64,000 nt of DNA from Sedimentisphaerales bacterium (lineage in GTDB: Bacteria > Planctomycetota > Phycisphaerae > Sedimentisphaerales > SM23-30): NCBI GenBank assembly GCA_963666285.1, contig OY762711.1, one strand, 5' to 3'. The notes under the pieces were generated by a model that was given only the letters and a program-made list of their open reading frames with translations, did no database searches and was not told where the DNA came from. The number at the start of each line of letters is the position of its first letter. Positions within the stretch are counted from its first letter, which is position 1. Position numbers and translations under genes: made by a program. Shown piece by piece: positions 31,236 through 41,456 of the stretch.

Positions 31236-32645
31236 ATGAATATAAAAGTAATTATTTTTAAGAGCGTCCTAGTCCTGCTAACGGTAATATGCATATTTTG
31301 GAGTGGAAATAACTTTGTTAACGATACTCCGCTGAACGAGTCTTTAGATGCCAATACCAATATGGTTATGGCCTACCATTATTACAAGACCGGAACTATT
31401 TCACAGGAAAGAAAAATATCGGATAACCCGCCGCCTACCAATTACCGGGAACCGGGATATCCGTTTTACCTGTCATTACTATTGAATGATGACGTTGTAA
31501 GAGATATATCTCTAAAGGATATACACAACAACACTAGACTGCTCCACCACCTGCGAAAATCTGAAATTCACCTGGCAGCAATAACCGGCATATTAGGTTT
31601 TATCCTGATATATATGATCAGTCGCTCATTCTGGTTTTCTTATCTCGGCCTGTTTCTGCTCGGGTTCAACCTGGAAATATTAAATAATATCAATACCCTG
31701 ATGACTGAGCAAATATCGATACCGCTGATGTTATTGTTCAGTATATTCTTCTATAAGGCCATCCAAAAAGAAACTGAAATAAAATACAGGTATATTTTTA
31801 TGGGCCTGGCCGGCCTGGCTATGTCATTAGTCGTACTGTGTAAAGCAATATTCTTGTATATGATGGTTTTTGTACTCGCCCTCATGTGGCTGACCCTGAA
31901 AAGCATTAATAAAAAGCATCTGGCTATTTCGCTAGCTATCTTCCTGATATGTTTTTCTATTCCAACCGGCGGCTGGATGGTCAGGAACAAATCACTGTTC
32001 GGAACTTTCCAGATTACCTGCCGCGGAGGCAACGTGATGGCAACCAGGTATGAATACAATAAAATGAATGCCACCGAATATTTCGGATCGTTCCTCTACT
32101 GGACTCCTGATCCGGCGGCATACGAGCTCATGTACAAAATGTACGGCAAAGACTGCATATCCCATTCCAACGGAAAACTGGCAAAACTTAACCGGGGTAA
32201 CCCGGAAGGATACTACAAACTCGGCAGAACACACAGGTCCTGGGACCCTGCCGACGAAAATTCCGGGCAAATGAAATGGATGCTGGAATTCCTGAAACAT
32301 CCAATAAAACACCTGCTCGTTTCCATACCAATCGGATGGCGCGGCATATTATTCGGTAGAGGTGTTGCATTAACCCGACCGTTTGGCATAGTATGTCAAA
32401 GCGCAGTCCTGGTAAGTGTTATTTACTTTCTGGGTTTATCTGTCTTCTTCTTCTATTCGATATTCAAAAGGAAATGGCACCTGCTCGCTGTCTCTTTACC
32501 GGCAATCTACCTTCTGTTTATGAACGGATTCTTCACACATAATATTTCAAGATACGGACTACCCGCCGTCGGTACAGAAATCGTCTGCACTTTGCTGGTA
32601 ACCTGGTACATACTGAATCGGAAAAAAATTAAGAAACAAAACTAG
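31236..32645 (+). CDS. Polytopic membrane protein, GT-C (ArnT/PMT-like) glycosyltransferase candidate
   Basis: YREPGYPFYL, LMTE, WMVRN...G, RY motifs and many TM helices. Confidence 0.7.
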   Translation: MNIKVIIFKSVLVLLTVICIFWSGNNFVNDTPLNESLDANTNMVMAYHYYKTGTISQERKISDNPPPTNYREPGYPFYLSLLLNDDVVRDISLKDIHNNTRLLHHLRKSEIHLAAITGILGFILIYMISRSFWFSYLGLFLLGFNLEILNNINTLMTEQISIPLMLLFSIFFYKAIQKETEIKYRYIFMGLAGLAMSLVVLCKAIFLYMMVFVLALMWLTLKSINKKHLAISLAIFLICFSIPTGGWMVRNKSLFGTFQITCRGGNVMATRYEYNKMNATEYFGSFLYWTPDPAAYELMYKMYGKDCISHSNGKLAKLNRGNPEGYYKLGRTHRSWDPADENSGQMKWMLEFLKHPIKHLLVSIPIGWRGILFGRGVALTRPFGIVCQSAVLVSVIYFLGLSVFFFYSIFKRKWHLLAVSLPAIYLLFMNGFFTHNISRYGLPAVGTEIVCTLLVTWYILNRKKIKKQN

Positions 32646-32674
32646 AAATCTTCCAATAGACCGGCAAGTACTTG

Positions 32675-33610
32675 TTAATCGCCTGAATTGTCGACAGCAA
32701 TAACAGTTTCTATTCCCGGCAGACGCGATGCAAATGCGAAACCCAGCAGTTCGCCTGCAACTGTTACAAACCGGAACAGTACCGAACTTAGCAGCACTTC
32801 TTCTTTTGGCATATAGCCTGCCAGTAACGCAACCATTACAACTTCCCTGACACCTATTCCGCCCGGAGCACCTGGTGTTATCAAGCCCAGCACCCAGGCA
32901 CAAACATAGGCAAAAATTATATTGAGCCATAACTCGGAAATATCAACTGTTACTGTATTCTTACACACAAAATAAAAAATCAAACCTGAAATAGCCAGGA
33001 ATAAAGAATATAGTAAAACAATTACGGCTGCCCGAAATAATAATGTCATAAATGACTGGCTATTACCCCTGTACCAGAAATATCCCGGGATTATTACCGA
33101 GACAATAAACACCCCTGACAATATCGCCAGAAAACTATTGTTACTGACAACCTCTTCCGGCATCACCAGCTTATGCTTAAATATCCCGGCAAATAATAAA
33201 AGAGAAGATGACAGGATCACAAAAGCAATTTCAAGAACATTTGAAGCAAAAGCCTCCCGGTTGGAATATCCGGATTTCTTTAATAAATAATGACGAGACG
33301 CCATATGCAATACATTTGAAGGAAGATATTTTGCCGGGACACTTTCAAAATATATTTTCGCCAAGCCGATGCTGTTCGGTATACGGTTAGTAATCAATAA
33401 AATAATCAATCGCCAGTTGTTTGCCAGGATAAAGGTCGAAATAAAATATATTACAGCTCCGGCAAAGACAAACCAGATATATGACCACTTGAAATCATCA
33501 ACTTTTAATCCCCTGGCAGACTTAAAAAGGTACACACCACAGGCTGTCAATATTGCTATTTTTAATATGACCAGAAAAAGTTTTCTTGTTTTTAAGCTTC
33601 CAGTACCCAA
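32675..33610 (-). CDS. Lysylphosphatidylglycerol-synthase-TM / flippase-like membrane protein (UPF0104)
   Basis: KYLPS and TPGAPGGIGVRE motifs, multiple TM helices. Confidence 0.8.
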   Translation of the reverse strand: MGTGSLKTRKLFLVILKIAILTACGVYLFKSARGLKVDDFKWSYIWFVFAGAVIYFISTFILANNWRLIILLITNRIPNSIGLAKIYFESVPAKYLPSNVLHMASRHYLLKKSGYSNREAFASNVLEIAFVILSSSLLLFAGIFKHKLVMPEEVVSNNSFLAILSGVFIVSVIIPGYFWYRGNSQSFMTLLFRAAVIVLLYSLFLAISGLIFYFVCKNTVTVDISELWLNIIFAYVCAWVLGLITPGAPGGIGVREVVMVALLAGYMPKEEVLLSSVLFRFVTVAGELLGFAFASRLPGIETVIAVDNSGD

Positions 33611-34176
33611 AGTTGATTCATTCCAAACTGAAAAGTTTTATACTTTATAAGATTATAATCATCACTTTCAACCAGCTGCATTATATCGTCATGGTTCAAA
33701 TAGTGGCCTTCATGTTCGTGCTTATCATTCCGGGCCAAACCGATGCCTGCCAGAAATACCAGCAGCGAATGAGACTTGCCCGATGGAGAAGTGATAACTA
33801 CCCGGCCGCCCGGGTTTAGCAGGGTCTTGAGCTTTCGTAAAAAACTTATCGTATCTTCCATATGCTCCAGGACCGCTACCAGCAATATAGTATCGTACCC
33901 CGGCGGAATATTATCTATCGCAGCCTCATCAACCATCATGGCCATAAAACGGTAATCAGGATATTTACTTTCAGCGGCAGCAACAGCTTCATCACAACTG
34001 TCAATCCCGACATAACTACTGATACCGTCGCCCAGATACGGAAGTGAATAGCCGCGGTCGCAGCCGATATCTAGTATCTTTCCACCTTTTACATAACGGG
34101 CTGCCAGACTCAACCTGGCCCTCCTGAGATAGCCGCTTAATAGGCCGTCTCGTATTTTCGCGTGATCGTGATCCAT
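33592..34176 (-). CDS. Class I SAM-dependent methyltransferase
   Basis: ILDIGCD, VLEH, LNPGG. The track start at 34230 lies inside repeat B, so ATG 34176 (MDHDH) is preferred. Confidence 0.85.
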   Translation of the reverse strand: MDHDHAKIRDGLLSGYLRRARLSLAARYVKGGKILDIGCDRGYSLPYLGDGISSYVGIDSCDEAVAAAESKYPDYRFMAMMVDEAAIDNIPPGYDTILLVAVLEHMEDTISFLRKLKTLLNPGGRVVITSPSGKSHSLLVFLAGIGLARNDKHEHEGHYLNHDDIMQLVESDDYNLIKYKTFQFGMNQLWVLEA

Positions 34177-34367
34177 ATTTACTTTCGCAGTTTTTAAGTT
34201 GCAAAATCGCCTAAAAGGGCCTTCCTGCAACGCTTTGATTTTAAACTAAGGATGAGACGATAGTCGAATACCTTAATTTTTCATTTTTCACTTTTCATTT
34301 TTCACTTAATTGGCCCTGTTCTGGCCTTTGCGTGTAATGTTGAACAGTCAAAAGTGCAATACTGCAC
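34177..34367. mobile_element. Repeat family B, copy 2
   Basis: Fills almost the whole gap between the GT2 stop and the methyltransferase ATG. Confidence 0.9.
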
Positions 34368-34375
34368 TTCCATAT

Positions 34376-35296
34376 TTACCTGTTTTTATTAAAATATACT
34401 ATCAGTTCGGCCAGTAAACCGAAAAACACCGTCTGCAAACCGAACAGCAGTGATCCGAGGACCAGGTTAACATGAGTTACCGGCTTATCCGCATGACCGT
34501 TCAGCCAGGATACCATTTCAATGCCAAAAAACAAGATCGCTATCAACATAAAGAAAAAACCGATTGGCAGAAATATTTTCATTGGCTTTATACTGATAAT
34601 TACCATAAGAAGCTGCGGCAAAACCTTTAATGGATATTTCATCGAGATAAACGACTTACCCGCGTTTCTTTTTCGAAATGATACCGGGCAATGCGCAAAT
34701 CGCAAACCATTGTGATACGCCTCCAGTAAAACCTGCTGCGTATAGTTATAGTCGCCCGGCAGCCGGCATACTTTCAGATAGTCTTTTGTAACCGCAAATA
34801 TTCCCGGCTGACTGTCCCTTAATGGCCACCCGGTAAGCATACGCATCATCCAGGTAAAAACAATATTGCCAAACCTGCGAACAAACGGCATTTTATATTC
34901 GATCTTATCAAACCTGTTGCCGTACACTACCTCTGCCGAATCATCAAGAATCGGCTGGATAAGTTTTACTATATCTTCCGGGTCATGCTGCAGATCGGCA
35001 TCAAACTTTACTGCTATCTCTGCGCCATCACTATATGCCTGGAGCAGGCCCGAACGAACGGCCGCGCCAAGACCTTTATTCTTCTTATGAGCGATTACCT
35101 TGTCGGCCCCGGCATTCTCGGCAATCTTTCCGGTCTCGTCGGTAGAGCCGTCATTAACGACATAAACAAATAACTCGAAACCACAACTATTAAGCGAGGA
35201 TGAAACAGACTTCAGACCCTGAATTGTTTCACTTATCGTGTCATGCTCGTTATAAGCCGGGACTATTATGATCAGCTTTTTTTTAGTAGTATCCAA
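34376..35296 (-). CDS. Glycosyltransferase family 2 (DPM1-like) with C-terminal TM helices
   Basis: IVPAYNE, VNDGSTD, FDADLQH, GNRF. Confidence 0.92.
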   Translation of the reverse strand: MDTTKKKLIIIVPAYNEHDTISETIQGLKSVSSSLNSCGFELFVYVVNDGSTDETGKIAENAGADKVIAHKKNKGLGAAVRSGLLQAYSDGAEIAVKFDADLQHDPEDIVKLIQPILDDSAEVVYGNRFDKIEYKMPFVRRFGNIVFTWMMRMLTGWPLRDSQPGIFAVTKDYLKVCRLPGDYNYTQQVLLEAYHNGLRFAHCPVSFRKRNAGKSFISMKYPLKVLPQLLMVIISIKPMKIFLPIGFFFMLIAILFFGIEMVSWLNGHADKPVTHVNLVLGSLLFGLQTVFFGLLAELIVYFNKNR

Positions 35297-35323
35297 TTTT
35301 GTTCTGCCTTGTTCTCTAAATTA

Positions 35324-35500
35324 GTTGGCTTTCACAGTTTTTAAGTTGCAAAATCTCCTAAAAGGGCCTTACTGCAACACTTTGAACTAAAACTAAGGAT
35401 GAGACGATAGTCGAATACCTTAATTTTTCATTTTTCACTTAATTGGCCCTGTTCCGGCCTTTGCGTATAATGTTGAACAGTCGAAAGTGCTATACCGCAC
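35324..35500. mobile_element. Repeat family B, copy 3
   Basis: Flanked by AATTA on both sides (35319-35323 and 35501-35505). Confidence 0.9.
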
Positions 35501-35502
35501 AA

Positions 35503-37155
35503 TTAGTTACCGGCTTTTTTATATATCCTGACATCAGGACTGATACGATGCTGCAGATGGAAAAACCGCAAACATAATTTCCACATAAGAGAATCTTCGT
35601 TTCTAAAATATATAGCACCCATTACAGCTTGCTTTTTATACTCGGTTTGATCGTTAAACACCTTCTTGAAATACTCAATATCATTCCTGCTGGACATTGG
35701 AAATATGGTAGAGCCTATAAAATAGTCAGGAGACACCTTTATCAAACCTTTTTTCGTCTGGATACCTTTACTGGAAAAGTCGTCTATTACCCGAAAGCCA
35801 AGCTCCTGTAATCTCGGGCCATACTGGTCGTACATCGGAAAACCAACTATAGCACCCGGCTTAGCGTTTTTCTTCATCCAGTTCGAAACCCTGATCCTGC
35901 TGTCGTTATTCATTTCGATATTAAAAAATATACAGCATAACAGCGACGGTACCAGCACAAAAAGAGGTGCCACAATTCGTATCGAAAACGGTATCTTCTT
36001 TACCCTGTACCAATCCGCCAGGGCTTTACCCATCATCAAGGCTATGCCGATATAGGAACAAAACCAGAATCTCGGCCTGGTCTGGTTAATTACAAATATT
36101 ACGGCAATGGCAAATAAAATACTGGGAGCGGCAATAAACACAAACTGCCATTTATACTTGTATGCCACGTATGGCAGTGACAATATCATTAACACGACAA
36201 ACGGCCAGCCCCAGCCCTGGTAAAAACCGGAACCGACACTTGTCAGTAATGTCATCGCAGAAATCCTGCTCTTGGAAAAATCACTGACAACGTCTTCCCA
36301 GAACTGGCTCCGGTAGTTCCACTCTTCCATTCCCGTCCAGAAGTTTTCCAGTGTCATAAAGACTATTACCGCTATTACTATCGCGGATAATATCTTCCAG
36401 CTCAGCAGCGACTTCATCGCCTGTTTAAATGGCTTGCCCGATGAGTAAACAGCATACACCTGCAATACCGCAAGGCCGAGAAATAGTCCGACCTGGAACG
36501 GGGCTACCCCTTCCTTGGTACAGACCGACCATGCCGAACAGAATCCGGCCGGCAAATACCAGTATATCTTGCGATTATACGCCGCATACACTCCAAAACA
36601 GGTTGCCAGGGCAAACCAGAACATCGCGGGAATATCAACGCAGCCGGATTTACTGAAAAATACAAAATAACATGACAAAGTCAGACACAGGCAAGAGAGT
36701 AATGCCGCTATGTCATCTTCGAATAACTTCCTCGATGTAAAAAATACGGCAAATACAATCGCAATTGACATAATATAACATAACCTGCGGGTTATCATAC
36801 TCAGCTCGACCTGACGACCGGTGTCAATTACTGATTTATATACCTTGCCATCCTTCATATATGTTATCGGGTTTTCTTTCCAGTAATCAATCTTCGACTT
36901 ATAAAATGGATAACTGATCAGAAACTGACCTCTTGGATATTTATGCTTCCATAGCTTGAACATGTTCTCGTTATGACCGGCTGTTCGAAGCCCTTCTATT
37001 GTATCCGGGGTCCAGACCGCTCCCCTGGCACCCCAGTCCAGTGCCGAACCGTTCAAATAACATGCAAGCGCGGCAATACCAATCAACAGCAAGACCGTGT
37101 ATCTTTTTTTAAGCGAATTATTAATATTGTCAGATTTACCGGATTCAGACATCAA
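35503..37155 (-). CDS. GT-C (family 39/ArnT-like) membrane glycosyltransferase candidate
   Basis: W.PD, HKYP, VD.P, CTKE, multiple TM helices. Confidence 0.75.
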   Translation of the reverse strand: MMSESGKSDNINNSLKKRYTVLLLIGIAALACYLNGSALDWGARGAVWTPDTIEGLRTAGHNENMFKLWKHKYPRGQFLISYPFYKSKIDYWKENPITYMKDGKVYKSVIDTGRQVELSMITRRLCYIMSIAIVFAVFFTSRKLFEDDIAALLSCLCLTLSCYFVFFSKSGCVDIPAMFWFALATCFGVYAAYNRKIYWYLPAGFCSAWSVCTKEGVAPFQVGLFLGLAVLQVYAVYSSGKPFKQAMKSLLSWKILSAIVIAVIVFMTLENFWTGMEEWNYRSQFWEDVVSDFSKSRISAMTLLTSVGSGFYQGWGWPFVVLMILSLPYVAYKYKWQFVFIAAPSILFAIAVIFVINQTRPRFWFCSYIGIALMMGKALADWYRVKKIPFSIRIVAPLFVLVPSLLCCIFFNIEMNNDSRIRVSNWMKKNAKPGAIVGFPMYDQYGPRLQELGFRVIDDFSSKGIQTKKGLIKVSPDYFIGSTIFPMSSRNDIEYFKKVFNDQTEYKKQAVMGAIYFRNEDSLMWKLCLRFFHLQHRISPDVRIYKKAGN

Positions 37156-37203
37156 CTCTCTCCGCCTGAAATAATATAAATCCTTTCAGGCTGGTAGTTA
37201 TAC

Positions 37204-37306
37204 CCATAATAATTGAAAATACCCGTTCGAGCCCGGCATAAATAATTACATTATTATTACTTACCTTCCGAGCGATCGGGCAAAATCATACATTATGTGT
37301 ATATAT
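37204..37306. repeat. About 100-bp dispersed repeat (family G)
   Basis: Aligns with 49072-49175. Confidence 0.75.
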
Positions 37307-37310
37307 AATT

Positions 37311-37517
37311 GTTAATTTTAGCAGTTTTTAAGTTGCAAAAATCTCCTAAAAGGGTATTCCTGCAACACTTATGATTTAAACAAAACGTAAGACGACCTTC
37401 CCTGAGCTAGTCAAAGGATGGTCGAACACCTTAATTTTCACTATTCATTTTTCACTTAATTGGCCCTGTTCCGCACTTTACGTGTTATATTGAACAGTTA
37501 TAAGTGCAATATCGCAC
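37311..37517. mobile_element. Repeat family B, copy 4 (REP nested in hairpin loop)
   Basis: Alignment to the other copies. Confidence 0.85.
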
Positions 37518-37575
37518 TAATAATACATCGTATATATATGGATTGAAATCCAATTAAAATATTAAGCTGCCTTAA

Positions 37576-37786
37576 CTTAGCTCTCGCAGTTTTTAAGATG
37601 CAATAACGAAGTGCCTCTGGTAAATCGCCTAAAAGGGCCTTCCTGCAACGCTTTGATTTTAAACTAAGGATGAGACGATAGTCGAATACCTTAATTTTTC
37701 ACTTAATTGGCCCTGTTCCGGCCTTTGCGTGTAATGTTGAACAGCCAAAAGTGCCCCTTGCATAAGATGCGAAGCATAAACCGCAC
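37576..37786. mobile_element. Repeat family B, copy 5
   Basis: Flanked by CTTAA on both sides. Confidence 0.9.
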
Positions 37787-37893
37787 CTTAATTATCTGGA
37801 TAATATAATCATGGTCAAGAACAAATTAACCCGTAGAAAGGCCCCATAACTACCGACTGTTTCATTCACTCATTCAAAAACTGCCGTAAAGGA

Positions 37894-38394
37894 TCAGAGA
37901 GTCATCTCCATTATATAGTCATCCATAACAAAGCCGTGACCAATACTGTTGGCTGCTTCTTCAACAACTGCAAAACCGTTTTTCTTGTACCATTTTATTG
38001 TATCTGAATTATTACGGTTTACCGTAAGCCACAGCTTGCCTATACCCTGCTGCTGACAAAGATCTTTCGCAAAACTTAGCGCCGCGGTGCCCGCACCGGT
38101 ACCCCTGGCTGATTTGCTCACATATATCTTGCTGATCATCATCTTATCTTCCGCCAGATCGGGAACCAGCCCCAGGTAACCAACTTCAGTACCTTTGGCA
38201 ACTATAAAATAATACTGATAACCTTCACATTGGATCTGACGCGTTATCGCTGAGAAACTCTGGAATTTATCCAGCATGTAATCTATCTGCTCCTGGCCTA
38301 TTATCGGAAGATAATGCTCTGTCCAGATCTCTCGTGCCAGGCTTTCAAGACGGGTAATTGAATTAGGAGTGGTTATCTGCTTTAGTGTTGTCAC
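37894..38394 (-). CDS. GNAT family N-acetyltransferase
   Basis: IWTEHY..IIG..QIDYML, SKIYV..RGTG.G, LTVNRNN, MDDYIME. Confidence 0.9.
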   Translation of the reverse strand: MTTLKQITTPNSITRLESLAREIWTEHYLPIIGQEQIDYMLDKFQSFSAITRQIQCEGYQYYFIVAKGTEVGYLGLVPDLAEDKMMISKIYVSKSARGTGAGTAALSFAKDLCQQQGIGKLWLTVNRNNSDTIKWYKKNGFAVVEEAANSIGHGFVMDDYIMEMTL

Positions 38395-38426
38395 GGTAAA
38401 ATCTACCTTTATGCCTCATAGAAAAT

Positions 38427-38505
38427 GTTAACTTTCGCAGTTTTCAAGCTGCAATAATCGCCTCAAAGGGCCTTACTGTTGCACTTATGTTTCAGACAAA
38501 GCGGA
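38427..38505. mobile_element. Repeat family B, partial copy 6 (left end)
   Basis: GTTAACTTTCGCAGTTTT..GCTGCAATAATCGCC..GGGCCTTACTG. Confidence 0.75.
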
Positions 38506-38518
38506 ATCGCGACATGAA

Positions 38519-39361
38519 CTATTTCTCTTCAAATGGATGAACGGTCTTAGTCCAGCCCATAGGCTTCTTGGGTGTTTTGAAATTCGAATCATTTATTTCT
38601 TTGCCGGTTTCTATCTCTGTCCAGAGTACCGTCGTCTGATTATAGTCTTTTTCTTCGTAACGAATCTGAACCGGAAGATAGCTCTCTGACTTGATCCAAA
38701 GCTCTATCTTCAGATACTCCTCGGCATACTTTGTGTCAGGCTTAGGTGTCAGTTCCAGATGAATCGTATCTTTTAGCTCGCCGGCAGCTTCTTCAACTGG
38801 CTTCGCAACTGTAAAATATTCCTGTACATCAGATTTGGTTATAGCAAACGGCAGCGGAAACGGGCCCTGGCCTAACCTGAAGGATTCACGCACCTGACGC
38901 TTGGTGGCTACTTCCCAGCTTTCCAATGTTTTGGTCTGGGCGTTTGTGCGATGTACCCATAATCCATCAAAATAATAATCCTCGTCAAACTTCACTGGTT
39001 TTGGTGTAGAATCTTCCTCCATAAGGTCAAGTTCTAGAAGATCGTCGAAATGGATACGAGCATAGACAATCTCACCTTTTACCTGATAATACAGTTTCCC
39101 GGTACGGATACGCTGGGTATCTACCAGCGGCTGGAGAACATCATATTTCATCTTTGCTTCAAATGACTTCAGTTCCGAACAGGCTTTTTCCATATCGGCC
39201 AGCAGCGAAGCAACTTTTTCGTCTTCCACAGCTGGAACTGTACAGCAGGATGTTTCCGATTCCGCTCTGGCAGAGATTGATAACATTGATAAACTTATCG
39301 CTGCCAAATAAAACCATAATGCAGCTGATCTAAAGGGTGGTAATATTTTATTTGCGATCAT
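38519..39361 (-). CDS. Periplasmic LolA-like protein
   Basis: Signal peptide, SFEAKM, G.LYY, FDG.W, LELTPK, ELWI...LP pattern. Confidence 0.65.
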   Translation of the reverse strand: MIANKILPPFRSAALWFYLAAISLSMLSISARAESETSCCTVPAVEDEKVASLLADMEKACSELKSFEAKMKYDVLQPLVDTQRIRTGKLYYQVKGEIVYARIHFDDLLELDLMEEDSTPKPVKFDEDYYFDGLWVHRTNAQTKTLESWEVATKRQVRESFRLGQGPFPLPFAITKSDVQEYFTVAKPVEEAAGELKDTIHLELTPKPDTKYAEEYLKIELWIKSESYLPVQIRYEEKDYNQTTVLWTEIETGKEINDSNFKTPKKPMGWTKTVHPFEEK

Positions 39362-39644
39362 AATCTCGAATTTCTAAATATTTTTTTTGTTTGTTATTTC
39401 TGTCAGGTTCCAATTTGGGTTTTCAACAATAATACCTTCTCTGTCAGATAAAGGTTCGGATAAAAATTCTAACCCTTTTGCTATATATGAATTATACACT
39501 TTTTATTTCAAATGTGTTACAAAAAGCAATTTAGAGCTTTTATACACAAACCACCATACATGGCTTTATTTCGTAATTTCTTTTTTGACTTAGAGTTATG
39601 ACCGCATGAATAATACTGGGAAAGGAAAAGGATTATGGAATAAA

Positions 39645-39695
39645 ATGAAGATAAAATTTTTGGATTTGGTTTTTGGCCTTATTTGGAGCACTTAA
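39645..39695 (+). CDS. Possible small hydrophobic peptide MKIKFLDLVFGLIWST
   Basis: Follows a purine-rich RBS and a mini-ORF ATG GAA TAA, inside a hairpin-rich unit ending in a terminator. Confidence 0.3.
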   Translation: MKIKFLDLVFGLIWST

Positions 39696-39800
39696 TTGCT
39701 CTAAGGCATGTAACGTAATTATATTCCCATTAGTGGTTCGGTTGTTTTTTCTTTTAGTTTTTCAACCGGGCCTAAAGCGTTAGGTGCAGTTTTACTGCCT

Positions 39801-39834
39801 GGGACAACTCACTTAAAAGGGTTGTCCCTTTTTT
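39801..39834 (+). terminator. Plus-strand intrinsic terminator with no annotated gene upstream
   Basis: GGGACAAC-tcacttaaaagg-GTTGTCCC-TTTTTT. Confidence 0.75.
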
Positions 39835-39868
39835 ATTCACCCAAATCAAAAGACAAATAGCTGCATAG

Positions 39869-41446
39869 TCATGACAATTTACGACGCAGCCTCTTAAACG
39901 CTGAACGCCATTTGATTACTTCGACATTTCCCAGGGTACGTACCAGCGCCCGCTTGCCCCATGATACTCCACCGGCACGCTGGTTGTCCCAGAACATCGG
40001 CGGAACCTCCTTGAAATTCTGCTCGTAGCATGCCTGGTAAAGATCAAGATGATCAAGTGTCATACGTTCCAGGTTGAATGCCGGAGATTTCGATCGCTGA
40101 CCAACATCAGCAGGCTCATAAAATATCGGAAATATCACCAGTTTACGCCTGACCAGCTCTCGGACGGTAGCAAGTGTCTTTTTCACATCTTCCTGACTTT
40201 CACCCGGCAGGCCCAGAACAAAACTCAGCACAGGAAAGAACCCGGTACGAATTAGCTTATCTGCGGCATCAATTATCTGCTGATCCCAATTATCTGTATC
40301 CAGCGGCAAAGCTTTCCCGGCACAATTGGCTTTCAACAGTTCACCGGATGCGGTCTCTGCTCCCATATTCACCCAAAGGTAATCACACTTCTTCTCCCAG
40401 TTCATCAGTTCCCGAAGCTGCTTGAGCTCTCCATCATCCAGCTGAAGAACCGAAGATATGTTTACATGATCGATCTGCAAAAAATTCTTGTTCGGAATCT
40501 GCCGCATCGATTCCAGCAGCTCACAAAGCTTATTATAATCAGGCTTGAAACTGTCACTGCCGTACCGAAGGAAATCTTCGCTGCCGCTGACAACGTTTCT
40601 AAAGCCATTGGAAACATTCGTCTCAACATCCCGGCATATAAGGTCAATCGGAAGATGCCTCATCTTCTTATCCGCCATCGGACAAAAATTACATGCCTTG
40701 CCGCAGCCGCGCGACAGCTCGATTATTCCCAGCATAGACGGCGCTGTGATCGGGCGAACATGTTCCACCAGGCAGCTGTTGGAACGAAAATACGCAAGAC
40801 CAGATGGTTCTACCATTTCCGATGGAACTGCATCATTGAGTATATTACTCACAAATTCAGGGCCGCCCTCTTCAAAATAACCTTCACAGATCGCATCTAT
40901 GCCGTGACGCCGGGCTGTTTCAGGGTCCTGATGCCATTGCCAGCTGCCGGCACCACCGGTAAGTATCTTAAAATTATGCCTCGATTTGAACTCTGCCAGA
41001 CGCATCATCATCTTGTCGGTCCAATACTCGGTATAAAGACGACCGCCCCAAAAACACGAAGTAGTCGTATTGCTCATACCCCTGCCCAGCGGATCACTTG
41101 ACGACACCACAACCAGTTTCGTCCATGGACCAATAAGCGATTCAACCGACTCCGGCGTTGCACAAACTATATCATCCCGGCCCAGGTGCAGTGATTCCAA
41201 CAGTGAAGCTTCCACTCGACGCAAACCCAATGGCGCAGCGGCAGCACGGCCGTCTGAATCTACCGGCATCCTCGGCGCCATAAGAGATTTCATAACAAAT
41301 TCAGGCACCTCGGTGGTCTGCATTGTACCAAACATCCCTTCAAATATTATTGAATAGTTGGCACTAAGCGTACGATCGGCAACTAGGAGTATTCTAGGTT
41401 TTAAAGTCATATTTGATTTAAATAATAAGGAATCTTTTCGATTCAA
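39869..41446 (-). CDS. Radical SAM protein (B12-binding-domain class)
   Basis: APLGLRRVEA, SSSDPLG, GGAGSWQ, ELSRGCGKACNFC, GAET, VLGLPGE. The start may be 41410. Confidence 0.85.
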   Translation of the reverse strand: MNRKDSLLFKSNMTLKPRILLVADRTLSANYSIIFEGMFGTMQTTEVPEFVMKSLMAPRMPVDSDGRAAAAPLGLRRVEASLLESLHLGRDDIVCATPESVESLIGPWTKLVVVSSSDPLGRGMSNTTTSCFWGGRLYTEYWTDKMMMRLAEFKSRHNFKILTGGAGSWQWHQDPETARRHGIDAICEGYFEEGGPEFVSNILNDAVPSEMVEPSGLAYFRSNSCLVEHVRPITAPSMLGIIELSRGCGKACNFCPMADKKMRHLPIDLICRDVETNVSNGFRNVVSGSEDFLRYGSDSFKPDYNKLCELLESMRQIPNKNFLQIDHVNISSVLQLDDGELKQLRELMNWEKKCDYLWVNMGAETASGELLKANCAGKALPLDTDNWDQQIIDAADKLIRTGFFPVLSFVLGLPGESQEDVKKTLATVRELVRRKLVIFPIFYEPADVGQRSKSPAFNLERMTLDHLDLYQACYEQNFKEVPPMFWDNQRAGGVSWGKRALVRTLGNVEVIKWRSAFKRLRRKLS

Positions 41447-41456
41447 TGAAGGTTGG

